Source of the DNA: Nostoc sp. DedSLP01
GTDB taxonomy: Bacteria; Cyanobacteriota; Cyanobacteriia; Cyanobacteriales; Nostocaceae
Assembly: GCA_034530875.2 (NCBI GenBank)
Contig: JAVRCJ020000027.1
Location: forward strand, 42,328-106,327
DNA: 64,000 nucleotides
Direction: 5' to 3'
Translations under genes and position numbers: made by a program
Shown here: positions 1 to 9,474 of the stretch, piece after piece
Numbering within the stretch: the stretch's first letter is position 1
Layout: every line of letters begins with the position of its first letter
The notes under the pieces: model-generated
Seen by the model: only the letters and a program-made list of their open reading frames with translations
Databases searched by the model: none
Told to the model about the DNA's origin: nothing

Positions 1-1245
1 ATTGTTGGCGCAGTTCAAACTAGTAAAAGAGCAGGTTTTGAGTTTGTAATTACCTTTGATATGGGAGGAACTAGTACAGATGTTGCTCATTTTAAAGGAG
101 AGTACGAACGACAATTAGAATCAGAAATTGCTGGCGCACGGATGCGAGTTCCTGTATTAGCAATTAATACAATTGCGGCTGGCGGTGGTTCAATTCTATT
201 TTTTGATGGTTCGAGTTATCGTGTCGGCCCGGAATCTGCTGGTTCAATTCCGGGGCCTGCTTGTTATCGTCGTGGCGGGCCATTAGCGGTTACTGATGCT
301 AATGTGATGTTAGGTAAAATTCACCCGCAATATTTTCCTTCAGTCTTTGGAATTGATGGGAATTTACCTTTAGATAAAGATATTGCGATCGAGAAATTTA
401 CACAATTAGCCCAAGAGATTGCAGCTGCTACAGGAAATCATTCTACACCAGAACAAGTAGCGGCTGGATTTATGGCGATCGCAGTGGAAAATATGGCAAA
501 CGCAATTAAAAAAATCAGCTTGCAACGAGGTTATGATGTCACCAAATACGTGCTGTGTTGTTTTGGCGGTGCAGGCGGGCAAGTTGCTTGTTTAATTGCT
601 GATACTTTAGGTATGAAAAAGATATTTCTTCATCCTTATGCTGGAGTTCTCTCGGCTTATGGAATGGGATTAGCTGATGTTCGGGCAATTAGAGAAGGAG
701 GAGTAGAACAACCCTTAAATCAAATATTAATTTCTCAATTACAACGCTTAATAGAATCTTTAGAAATGCAAGCTAGAAGTGAAATCAAAGAAGCAGGTAG
801 TCAAGTAGAATTAATCCGGAAAGCTAACTTAAAATATGAGGGTACTAACTCTATTTTGACAGTAAATTTGGCAGATGAAGTGGCAGCAATGCGACAAGAA
901 TTTGAAACCGAACATAAATCTCGCTATGGTTTCATTCAATTAGAGAAAACTTTAATTGTCGAATCTATTTCTGTGGAAGTAATTCAGAAGATGGATACGC
1001 CCGAAGAACCTTTAATTACTCGTACCCGTTCTATTAATGAAGCCCCCAAACCTGTTGAAACAGTCAAAATGTTTACTGTTGACAAATGGCATAATACGCC
1101 TGTTTATCGGCGCGAAGATTTACAACCAGAAGATAGAATTACTGGAACTGCAATTATTGTGGAAAAAATTAGCACGATTGTAGTTGAACCTAATTGGCAA
1201 GCAGTATTAACTGAACGCAATCATTTAATTTTATCTAGAAAGTAA
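1..1245 (+). CDS. Hydantoinase A / 5-oxoprolinase N-terminal half (5' end outside window)
   Basis: Frame open from base 1 (IVGAVQTS...ITFDMGGTSTDV); motifs DMGGTSTD, AAGGGS, GPESAG, FGGAGGQ. Confidence 0.92.
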   Translation: MVGAVQTSKRAGFEFVITFDMGGTSTDVAHFKGEYERQLESEIAGARMRVPVLAINTIAAGGGSILFFDGSSYRVGPESAGSIPGPACYRRGGPLAVTDANVMLGKIHPQYFPSVFGIDGNLPLDKDIAIEKFTQLAQEIAAATGNHSTPEQVAAGFMAIAVENMANAIKKISLQRGYDVTKYVLCCFGGAGGQVACLIADTLGMKKIFLHPYAGVLSAYGMGLADVRAIREGGVEQPLNQILISQLQRLIESLEMQARSEIKEAGSQVELIRKANLKYEGTNSILTVNLADEVAAMRQEFETEHKSRYGFIQLEKTLIVESISVEVIQKMDTPEEPLITRTRSINEAPKPVETVKMFTVDKWHNTPVYRREDLQPEDRITGTAIIVEKISTIVVEPNWQAVLTERNHLILSRK

Positions 1246-1371
1246 AGAATAAGGGCTGCAAGTCAATCTTAAATAGGAATGATGCTATACTGCGATAAAT
1301 TAGCGTTTCAAAATTTTTGTATACATCCTCATAGCAAAAGTTGGTCAAATATTGATATTTATGAGTAGTAT

Positions 1372-2199
1372 ATGAATGATAAACCGTACATTCCCATTCC
1401 TCCAGAACTAGAACCTTATCGGGACAGAATTGAAGCGACGATACGGCCTTTTATTGAAATCAGAATTGAAAATAATGACCGGGTAGATTGGTGGCAAATT
1501 AAATTTGGTGGTTTGCCTTATTTACCAAAAGGTTTTGATTATCCAAAAAGTTCCGAAGGTGAATATTTATTTTTTATTGCACAGATTAATTTTGCCGAAG
1601 TACCTCTATTGGAAGGTTTTCCAAATCAGGGTATTGTGCAGTTTTATATCAGTTATGAATTCCCGTATGGTTTGAACTATGACAATCAAACAGACCAATC
1701 TGGATTTAGAGTTTTATATTTTAAAGAACCAGACTTGAATGTAGAAAATATAATCACAAACTTTGATTTTTTGCCTAAAAGAGAAACAAATCTTATTGAT
1801 GGCTGTTGTAGTTTAAATTTTACTCAAAAATATGCACCAATAAGTGAGAGTGGGATCAATGAAATTGTTGGGGATAATTATTTTGACCTATTAAATACGA
1901 ATGAAGGAATATTGGACGAGTATATAAATCTATCATATTCTTGGCGTAGTAAGATAGGTGGTTATCCAGATTCTATTAGAACAGAATTAATTTATACTGT
2001 TCATCTGGAAGAAAAAACGACAGAATTTTTGCGAGATGCAATTGAGCAAGACCCAGAAATTCTTTTGTCTCAGATGGTTAGGGAATCTAATGATGTGTTA
2101 AGTATTAACTGGATAGCCGATGTATGTAATTTTCAAATTTTAAAACACAACCTTAGAAAATTAGACTTTAGCGATATTATCTATGACTGGGAATGTTAA
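1372..2199 (+). CDS. YwqG/DUF1963-family protein, C-terminus possibly degenerate
   Basis: KFGGLPYLP, FIAQINFAEVP, GIVQFYI, SKIGGYP, DFSDIIYDWEC. Confidence 0.75.
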   Translation: MNDKPYIPIPPELEPYRDRIEATIRPFIEIRIENNDRVDWWQIKFGGLPYLPKGFDYPKSSEGEYLFFIAQINFAEVPLLEGFPNQGIVQFYISYEFPYGLNYDNQTDQSGFRVLYFKEPDLNVENIITNFDFLPKRETNLIDGCCSLNFTQKYAPISESGINEIVGDNYFDLLNTNEGILDEYINLSYSWRSKIGGYPDSIRTELIYTVHLEEKTTEFLRDAIEQDPEILLSQMVRESNDVLSINWIADVCNFQILKHNLRKLDFSDIIYDWEC

Positions 2200-2323
2200 A
2201 AATATAAAGAATGTATGCTAATATCGATCGCAAGAAAGTTGATGTCTGCGGTAAAGTTTCCGCAATATTTCATGCTAATTCAAGTTTTGTATGTAGAGAG
2301 CCAAGTAGCTCTGCTCAAGGAGG

Positions 2324-3139
2324 ATGGCTGGTGTTAATAGTTCCAGCCAGGAACGGTTAGACGTTGAGGCTACGCTAACCGAAATTAAAAGGCTCCAATT
2401 TGACCGCGCACATCGTGACGCCTCTGGATTGTTTTACATTGAGGGTGTGCGTAACTTTGTAAAGGTAATTGACAACGGTTTTGATATTTCGGCGATCGCA
2501 TTTAGTGAGAAACTGCTAACAGCACCTCTAGCAAGGAAGTTAGTTAGGCAATCTCGGCGTTCTGGTATTCCTTGCATCAGCCTTACACCGGAACAGTTTC
2601 GGCATGTTTCTCAAAGCGAACGCGCTTCTGGAGTTGGTGCAATAGTTCGTCAGCGTTGGTTCAAGCTACGCGATATCTCGCCGCAACCTGGTTTGTGCTG
2701 GGTGGTTCTTGAAACCGTTCGTTCCCCAGGAAACCTCGGAACCTTGATTCGCACATCCGAAGCAGTTGGCGGTGCTGGGTTTATCTTCATCAAAAATAGT
2801 GTAGATCCTTTTGTTCCTGATGTTGTTCGCGCATCTATGGGTTCGCTCTTTAATCAGAAGTTTGTACGAACAAGCTACTCTGCACTCCGCCATTGGGTAC
2901 GCAACCATCGGTGTCCTGTTATTGGTGCTTCACCAGATGGGATGGCTGAATTTCATCAGTTTAATTACCCGAATTCTACTCTTCTTTTCCTGGGTGAAGA
3001 GCGCCAAGGTCTAACCCCAGAACAGCGAGACTTATGCCAGCACCTCGTTCGGATTCCGATGGTAGGTGCGGTTGACTCCCTAAATCTTGCTGTAGCAGGT
3101 AGCCTCTTAATGTATGAGGTTTATAGGTCGAGAACATGA
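2324..3139 (+). CDS. TrmH/SpoU-family RNA methyltransferase
   Basis: PGNLGTLIRT, GEERQGL, IPMVGAVDSLNLAVA SPOUT motifs; AAGGAGG upstream. Confidence 0.9.
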   Translation: MAGVNSSSQERLDVEATLTEIKRLQFDRAHRDASGLFYIEGVRNFVKVIDNGFDISAIAFSEKLLTAPLARKLVRQSRRSGIPCISLTPEQFRHVSQSERASGVGAIVRQRWFKLRDISPQPGLCWVVLETVRSPGNLGTLIRTSEAVGGAGFIFIKNSVDPFVPDVVRASMGSLFNQKFVRTSYSALRHWVRNHRCPVIGASPDGMAEFHQFNYPNSTLLFLGEERQGLTPEQRDLCQHLVRIPMVGAVDSLNLAVAGSLLMYEVYRSRT

Positions 3140-3225
3140 TATGTGGAGTGACACCCAACATTAATCAATTTTTTTTGTTGGGTTCCACTTTCTTTAACGC
3201 AACTGACATCAGCAAATGTTAAGTA

Positions 3226-3275
3226 ATTCATTGAATTTAAACAAACAGGAATCAAAAATGCACGCAATATCTCAA
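3226..3275 (+). repeat. ~50-bp direct repeat, copy 1 (pseudo-start of hydantoinase B gene)
   Basis: ATTCATTGAATTTAAACAAACAggAATCAAAAATGcACGCAAtATCTCAA nearly identical to 4308-4356; its ATG opens only MHAISQPYS*. Confidence 0.9.
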
Positions 3276-3398
3276 CCGTACTCATGAAGTGGCATTTCGA
3301 GCAATGGTATTTTTACTGGCATAATAATTTGAATAAAGAACATCTTACTTTATAATTATTAATGACAATTCACTGTAAAAAACCTAAACACAAATTAA

Positions 3399-3725
3399 AT
3401 GTCACCTTACCTTTATCCGGTCATTGAAACCAGAGAAATAGAAACTGAATTCAGAGAATTAGCGGAACAATGGCGACGTGAAACAGGAATGCTTTCTGTC
3501 ATTTCAAAAATATCAATGCATCCTGCTTATCAAAGAATAATTGGGATGGGACAACCTGTTGTTCCTTTAATTATGCGCGAACTTGAGCGCGAACCAGACC
3601 ATTGGTTTTGGGCTTTAAATGCAATTACACGAGCGAACCCTGTCAAACCCGAACAGCGTGGTAGACTTCAGCAAATGGCTCAAGCTTGGATTGAATGGGG
3701 GAAAGCAAATGGATACAGATGGTAA
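3399..3725 (+). CDS. Hypothetical helical protein (108 aa), partner of the downstream gene
   Basis: ORF with HPAYQRIIGMG and HWFWAL; 3' end overlaps the next start. Confidence 0.85.
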   Translation: MSPYLYPVIETREIETEFRELAEQWRRETGMLSVISKISMHPAYQRIIGMGQPVVPLIMRELEREPDHWFWALNAITRANPVKPEQRGRLQQMAQAWIEWGKANGYRW

Positions 3726-4179
3726 GTTAGAAATTTATAAAGAAAATAAATTTCCTAACTTATCGCGCACGGAGTATTCTGTAACCAGCAAGCAAAGTAC
3801 ATTATATAATTGTTTTGCTTGGGCTGCGGGTGAAGACAATCGCTGGTGGAGTCCAATAGACCCAGATAATACATATTACTGGGTAGAAGGTATAACACCA
3901 GAATTAACTATGTCAGCTTTTATTCAAGCATACGAAAGCTTAGGGTATGAACTTTGCAATAATTCCGATCTGGAAGCAGGTTTTGAAAAGATAGCAATTT
4001 ACGCTACTTCTGACGGCGAACCAACTCATGCCGCTAGACAATTACTTAATGGAAAATGGACAAGTAAACTTGGACGTTGGGAAGATATCGAGCATGAGCT
4101 TGAAGGTTTGATAGGTGAAATGTATGGTGATGTAAAACAAATTTTAAAACGTCCAAGTTCTGAAGTGGCTCAAAGTTAA
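3709..4179 (+). CDS. Putative papain-like Cys-His protein (DUF7689-like)
   Basis: YNCFAWA, THAAR, WTSKLG; ATG at 3709 overlaps the upstream gene by 17 nt. Confidence 0.7.
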   Translation: MDTDGKLEIYKENKFPNLSRTEYSVTSKQSTLYNCFAWAAGEDNRWWSPIDPDNTYYWVEGITPELTMSAFIQAYESLGYELCNNSDLEAGFEKIAIYATSDGEPTHAARQLLNGKWTSKLGRWEDIEHELEGLIGEMYGDVKQILKRPSSEVAQS

Positions 4180-4307
4180 TGTAAATAAAAAGATATTCAA
4201 AACCACGTTATCTATAATTAAAGACAAGATGGAGAAAACTTTCTCTTCCTTGCCTCATAATAACTATTCCATGACTACAATAAGCTTAGATATTTAGCTA
4301 TAACAAT

Positions 4308-4356
4308 ATTCATTGAATTTAAACAAACATAATCAAAAATGTACGCAACATCTCAA
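4308..4356 (+). repeat. ~50-bp direct repeat, copy 2 (true start region of hydantoinase B)
   Basis: Matches 3226-3275 and contains ATG 4339. Confidence 0.9.
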
Positions 4357-6054
4357 GCCGACCCCGTTCGTTTAGAAATCTTCAAAAACCTCTATCAATT
4401 TATTGCCGAACAAATGGGTATTGTTCTGCAAAATACAGCAACATCTGTGAATATCAAAGAAAGACTAGATTTCTCCTGCGCTATCTTTGATTCTTCTGGA
4501 TTATTAGTAGCAAATGCCCCCCACATTCCCGTACATTTAGGTTCAATGAGTGAGAGCGTTCGCAGTTTAATTAACGATAAAGGCGACATCATAAAACCAG
4601 GAAATGTCTATTTATCTAATAACCCATACAACGGCGGTACACATCTCCCCGATGTAACTGCAATTACTCCTGTATTTTTGGAAAGTCGGGAGATGGGGAG
4701 ATGGAGAGATGGAAAAGATGAGGAGATTACCAATGCCCCATCCCCAATGCCCCATGCCCAATGCCCAATTCCCATCTTTTTCGTTGCTTCTCGCGGACAC
4801 CAAGCTGATATCGGCGGAATTACTCCCGGTTCTATGCCTCCCCACAGTACTACAGTAGAAGAAGAAGGAATTCTTTTTGATAATTTTTTCTTAGTTGAAG
4901 AGAGAAATTTTCGAGAAACCGCAGTCAGAGAACACCTGGCAAATCATACTTATCCTGCTCGAAATCCTGACCAAAATCTAGCTGATTTTAAAGCTCAAAT
5001 TGCCGCTAATGAAAGGGGGCTTCAAGAACTGCGGAAAATGGTTTCGCAATACGGACTTGATACTGTGCAAGCTTATATGAAATTCGTGCAAGCTAATGCT
5101 GAGGAGGCAGTGAGAAGGGCGATCGCAGTTCTCAATGATGGTTCATTTATTTATAAAATGGACAATGGCGCACAAATTCAAGTAAAAGTTACTATACACC
5201 CAGAAAATCGCAGTGCTACTATTGATTTTACTGGAACTTCTGAGCAATTAAATAGTAATTTCAACGCTCCCAAAGCTGTAACTCAAGCAGCAGTTTTATA
5301 TGTATTCCGGACTTTAGTTGATGATAATATTCCTCTCAATGCTGGGTGTCTTAATCCTTTAGAAATTATTATTCCAGTGGGCTGTATGCTAAATCCTATT
5401 TATCCAGCAGCGGTAGTAGCAGGTAATGTAGAAACTTCTCAAACTATTGTCGATGCTTTATATGGTGCCTTGGGTGTGATGGCTGCTTCTCAAGGAACGA
5501 TGAATAATTTCACTTTTGGTAATGAAAAATATCAATATTATGAAACTATTTGTGGCGGTTCTGGAGCAGGAATTAATTTTCATGGAACTGATGCCGTTCA
5601 TTCCCACATGACTAACTCGCGGTTGACCGATCCAGAAGTTTTAGAAACGCGTTATCCTGTACTTTTAGAAAGTTTTAGTATTCGTGATGATAGTGGTGGA
5701 AAAGGTGAATATTCTGGTGGGAATGGAGTTGTTCGTCGCATCCGGTTTTTAGAACCGATGACAGCGAATATTCTGTCTGGACATCGACAGGTTCCTCCTT
5801 TTGGGTTGAATGGGGGGGAAGCGGGGAAAGTTGGACGCAATTGGATACGGCGTCAAAATGGAAGTGAAGAAAGTTTGGATAGTACTGGAACGGTGGAAAT
5901 GAATGTTGGGGATGTGTTTGTAATAGAAACTCCTGGGGGGGGTGGATTTGGTCACGCACAGACGCAGCGAAAAGTTGGAGCGCCGGAAACCGGCGATCTG
6001 AACTTTTCAAGACAGAGGCGCAGAGAGGAAGAGGAGTTAGGCGGTTGCGCTTAA
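4339..6054 (+). CDS. Hydantoinase B / 5-oxoprolinase C-terminal half
   Basis: NIKERLDFSCA, HIPVHLGSM, GGTHLPD, YYETICGG, ETPGGGG; repeat-derived internal insert and C-terminal tail. Confidence 0.95.
   Translation: MYATSQADPVRLEIFKNLYQFIAEQMGIVLQNTATSVNIKERLDFSCAIFDSSGLLVANAPHIPVHLGSMSESVRSLINDKGDIIKPGNVYLSNNPYNGGTHLPDVTAITPVFLESREMGRWRDGKDEEITNAPSPMPHAQCPIPIFFVASRGHQADIGGITPGSMPPHSTTVEEEGILFDNFFLVEERNFRETAVREHLANHTYPARNPDQNLADFKAQIAANERGLQELRKMVSQYGLDTVQAYMKFVQANAEEAVRRAIAVLNDGSFIYKMDNGAQIQVKVTIHPENRSATIDFTGTSEQLNSNFNAPKAVTQAAVLYVFRTLVDDNIPLNAGCLNPLEIIIPVGCMLNPIYPAAVVAGNVETSQTIVDALYGALGVMAASQGTMNNFTFGNEKYQYYETICGGSGAGINFHGTDAVHSHMTNSRLTDPEVLETRYPVLLESFSIRDDSGGKGEYSGGNGVVRRIRFLEPMTANILSGHRQVPPFGLNGGEAGKVGRNWIRRQNGSEESLDSTGTVEMNVGDVFVIETPGGGGFGHAQTQRKVGAPETGDLNFSRQRRREEEELGGCA
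5952..6030 (+). repeat. 79-bp hairpin-containing dispersed repeat, copy 1
   Basis: 74/79 identical to the reverse complement of 8042-8120; internal stem GAAAAGTT...AACTTTTC. Confidence 0.9.
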
Positions 6055-6741
6055 AACTGCGTTGTTGGTTAATTTGCCATCTTCCATTTTGACGATGCGA
6101 TCGGCAACATCTAGAATACGATTGTCGTGGGTGACTAGTAGAATGGTGCAGCCTTGTTCTTTGGCTAATGTCTGCATTAGAGTGACTACATCTCTACCTG
6201 ATTTACTATCTAGGGCAGCTGTTGGTTCGTCTGCTAGTACGATTTTAGGATGGTTGACTAAGGCACGAGCGATCGCAACTCTTTGCTTCTGTCCTCCAGA
6301 TAAGTCATCAGGATAATAGTTGAGGCGATTCCCTAAGCCAACGTGTTCTAACATTTGAGCAGAACGCTCTTGCATCTCTTTTAATGATAGATGGTTGTGT
6401 AGTTCTAAGCCCATTTTGACGTTTTGTAAAGCAGTTAAACTGTTATGCAAATTATGTGCTTGAAATATATAACCGTTATTTCGTCGCGCTAAGGTTAATT
6501 GTTCTGCACTCGCACCACATAGTTCTCTATCTAAGACTTTCAAGCTACCAGATTGAGCAGAACGCAATCCACCAATCAAGGTCAATAACGTCGTTTTACC
6601 AGAACCAGAAGGCCCGGTCATAATCACAATTTCACCAGAGTTTATTTCTAGGTTAATATCAAATAAAACTTGTTTCCTTAATTGCCCGTGACCAAAGTAA
6701 TGATTCAGATTATTGATAGAAATAACTGGTTTATTATTCAT
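6037..6741 (-). CDS. devA: DevA-family ABC transporter ATP-binding protein
   Basis: GPSGSGKT, LSGGQKQR, LADEPT; follows devB/devC-like genes (may be a paralogue of the heterocyst devBCA). Confidence 0.92.
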   Translation of the reverse strand: MNNKPVISINNLNHYFGHGQLRKQVLFDINLEINSGEIVIMTGPSGSGKTTLLTLIGGLRSAQSGSLKVLDRELCGASAEQLTLARRNNGYIFQAHNLHNSLTALQNVKMGLELHNHLSLKEMQERSAQMLEHVGLGNRLNYYPDDLSGGQKQRVAIARALVNHPKIVLADEPTAALDSKSGRDVVTLMQTLAKEQGCTILLVTHDNRILDVADRIVKMEDGKLTNNAVLSATA

Positions 6742-6762
6742 ACAATTCCCCTTTATCATTCG

Positions 6763-6795
6763 CTAATGACTAATGACCAATGACTAATGACTAAA
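6763..6795 (+). repeat. STRR heptamer tandem (TAATGAC)
   Basis: About 4 units; a similar tract lies at 26437-26466. Confidence 0.8.
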
Positions 6796-6796
6796 T

Positions 6797-7972
6797 TTAA
6801 AACATATCCGCAGGGTCAGCAGATTGAAGTTTGCGAGTGGCGATCGCTCCAGAAATTCCACACATAAGAATTGTTAAAACCAGAACGAGTATTGCTCGTG
6901 ATAATGTCATTAAAATAGGTAATGCAGTTGCTTTTGCTGCCAAATTATAAAGCCCAATTGGTAAAATTAAGCCAGGAATAAAGCCAACAAAAGCCAGGAT
7001 AATTGCTTCTTCAAAAACTACCGCAAGTAGGTATTGATTGCGGTATCCCATTGCTTTGAAAGTTGCATATTCTTTGAGGTGAGTATTAACATCAGTTGAA
7101 AGTACCTGATAAACAATGACAACACCCACTACAAATGCCATTGCTGTCCCTAATCCAAAAATGAACCCAATGGGGCTTTCTTTTTGCCAGTAACTCTGCT
7201 CAAATTCAATATATTCTTGTTTAGTTAGTACTCTCACATCATTGGGCAAATGTGAGTCTAATGCAGTAGCAACTTGCTTTGCATCGTAACCTGGTTGGAG
7301 TGTAATTAATCCCAGGTTGATGCTAGCAGCTTCTCGCCGAGGAAAGAAATGTAAAAAAGTTTGGTCGCTACCAATTAAAATCCCATCCGCGCCAAAAGAT
7401 GCTCCTAATGTAAATAATCCAGTGATGGTAACGGTACGGCGCTCAATTTCAGTGCTGACAATTTTGCCTTCTTCAACTTGAGCGATCGCATCTTTATAAC
7501 TTCCTCTAGAATTGCGATCGAATAACACCCGATCTGGCAACTTAATTTTGTTTAATTGCTGATTTACTTCTGGCAAATTCAAAGCTGGTTGTTCCGGTTC
7601 AAATCCAATCACTTGCATAGATGTATCTTTGCGAGTTTCTGGATGTTTCCAAGTAATAGTATTGGAATAAAAAGCCTGTGCTAATTTCACTCCCGGAATA
7701 TCCTTTGCTTGATACAAACGTCGCCGTGAGAACGTACCTAAATTCTGCGTATTCCGCGCTTGGGGACTGACTAACACAATATCTGCATTCAAAGTGCGAC
7801 TCAGCTTTGTGTTGCTATCGTACAATGCACTTTGAAACCCAAGCTGCATAAACATAAGCACATCAGCAAAAGCAATCCCTGATAATGCTACTAAAAGACG
7901 CCCTTTTTCTTTATTCAGTTGCAGCCATCCGAGTGGCGTTCGCCGTTGAATTTGTTGAATAAATGCAATCAT
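6797..7972 (-). CDS. devC: DevC-family ABC permease
   Basis: PLGWLQL, GIAFADVLMFMQLGF, EYATFKAMGY, ADPADMF. Confidence 0.93.
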   Translation of the reverse strand: MIAFIQQIQRRTPLGWLQLNKEKGRLLVALSGIAFADVLMFMQLGFQSALYDSNTKLSRTLNADIVLVSPQARNTQNLGTFSRRRLYQAKDIPGVKLAQAFYSNTITWKHPETRKDTSMQVIGFEPEQPALNLPEVNQQLNKIKLPDRVLFDRNSRGSYKDAIAQVEEGKIVSTEIERRTVTITGLFTLGASFGADGILIGSDQTFLHFFPRREAASINLGLITLQPGYDAKQVATALDSHLPNDVRVLTKQEYIEFEQSYWQKESPIGFIFGLGTAMAFVVGVVIVYQVLSTDVNTHLKEYATFKAMGYRNQYLLAVVFEEAIILAFVGFIPGLILPIGLYNLAAKATALPILMTLSRAILVLVLTILMCGISGAIATRKLQSADPADMF

Positions 7973-8041
7973 AATAATTCGTAATTCGTAATTACGGCAT
8001 TGCTGAATTTATGAACTTCAAAAATAAACTCTTCTCAACTC

Positions 8042-8120
8042 TTACTCTTTGCGCCTCTGTCTTGAAAAGTTCAGAGCGCCGGTTTCCGGCGCTCCGACTT
8101 TTCGCTGCGTCTCTGCGTGA
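8042..8120 (-). repeat. 79-bp dispersed repeat, copy 2
   Basis: Inverted copy of 5952-6030, between devB and devC. Confidence 0.9.
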
Positions 8121-8129
8121 AAAAACCTA

Positions 8130-9320
8130 TCATTTCTCAATCTCCGCCGTAATTTGCAAATTAGTAAACTTAGCAGCCTTTTTACTCGATGCTGCATCCA
8201 AAGCCACATGCACCTCAATGACTCTGGCATCAATATTAGTACTAGGGTCAGTATTAACAATAGTTTGCCGTTTCACTTGAGAACCAATACGTTCAACTTT
8301 TCCCAGCAATTCGCCAGGAATCGAATCGCTAGTAACCCGCACCTTTTGCCCAACTTTCACATCGCTGATGTCACTTTGATAAACCTCAGCAACCGCATAC
8401 ATCCGTTGAGTCTGCCCAATTTCCACAATCCCATCATTACCAACCACTTCCCCAGCACGGGTATGAATCTCTAGAATTTCACTATCAATCGGCGATCGCA
8501 CTGATGCTCGATCCAGTTCCGCTTGCGCTTGTTTCATCGCTGCAATGGCGCGATCTACTTCTACTTGGTTCTGTTTCACATCCACCGGTCGCACTTCTGC
8601 AATCCGGTCTAGATTTGCTCTAGCTTGACTAAGTTGTGCTGGACTGGTAGATTGAATCCGCTTTAACACAGCTTTTGCCTCTTGCAAACTCTTCTGGGCA
8701 GTTTCTAAAGTTAATCGCCTGCTGTCTAGATCGGCTGCGGAGATAGCACCCACTTGATACAAAGACTGATAGCGGTTGTATTGCGTCTGTGCATTTGTCA
8801 ATTCTGATGTTAACCGAGCCACCGTTGCCACTTGAGCATCAATATCTCCTTGCCTTTGTGCTTCTAAACGCTCAATTTCAGCACGTTGAGCGTTGATTTC
8901 TCCGGTTTTAGCTCCCGCTTTAGTAATTGCAAGTTTCGCTTGAGCAACTTTTACATCTTCCTGCGCTTGCTGATATGCTGCTAAAAGGCGATCGCGATTA
9001 TCTAAAATTGCAATCACTTGCCCTGCCTTGATGCGATCGCCTTCCTTAACTAACAATTTTTCGACTCGATTGCCGTTATTCGCTGTCGGAGCTGACAATT
9101 TAATCGTTTCTCCCTGAGGTTCCAATCGCCCCAGTGCTGTTACTGTAGTAATTTGCGGTGAACTAATTGCTGGGGTGGGATTTTGTACCTGTTGAGATGA
9201 TGGCGATCGCGAAAGTACATAAGCAGAACTTCCACCGACAATAATCAACGCGCTAGCAGCAATTCCAAACCATTGACGAGATTTAGCAGAGGTAGCACTA
9301 CCTGATAAGTTTTGCAGCAT
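8130..9320 (-). CDS. devB: DevB-family membrane fusion protein
   Basis: VTALGRLEP, coiled coil, AEVYQSDI, DARVIEV; ATG 9320 with AAGGAG upstream. Confidence 0.93.
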   Translation of the reverse strand: MLQNLSGSATSAKSRQWFGIAASALIIVGGSSAYVLSRSPSSQQVQNPTPAISSPQITTVTALGRLEPQGETIKLSAPTANNGNRVEKLLVKEGDRIKAGQVIAILDNRDRLLAAYQQAQEDVKVAQAKLAITKAGAKTGEINAQRAEIERLEAQRQGDIDAQVATVARLTSELTNAQTQYNRYQSLYQVGAISAADLDSRRLTLETAQKSLQEAKAVLKRIQSTSPAQLSQARANLDRIAEVRPVDVKQNQVEVDRAIAAMKQAQAELDRASVRSPIDSEILEIHTRAGEVVGNDGIVEIGQTQRMYAVAEVYQSDISDVKVGQKVRVTSDSIPGELLGKVERIGSQVKRQTIVNTDPSTNIDARVIEVHVALDAASSKKAAKFTNLQITAEIEK

Positions 9321-9351
9321 AAGCAAGCTCCTTGTTACATCTGACAGCTAG

Positions 9352-9403
9352 ACAAAACAGTTTCGTTTCGTTTGTATAATTACCGTAAACGAAACTGTTT
9401 CGT
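9352..9403. promoter_or_regulatory. Twin palindromic operators, probably for TetR
   Basis: ACGAAAC-T-GTTTCGT (9389-9403) and ACAAAAC-A-GTTTCGT (9352-9366) between divergent devB and tetR. Confidence 0.7.
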
Positions 9404-9474
9404 CTTGTCAAGTGTATGCTGGAAATAAGGTGAATCAGGTAATGAGTTCGCTAGTTTGTTTGTAAAATTGAGTC

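Noticed and set aside
3619..3708. Longer start for the Cys-His protein
   Set aside because: Would overlap the upstream gene by over 100 nt; 3709 gives plausible coupling
8011..8280. ORFs 8011-8280, 8042-8260 and 5675-6010 sharing peptide sequence
   Set aside because: The similarity is just the translated 79-bp repeat
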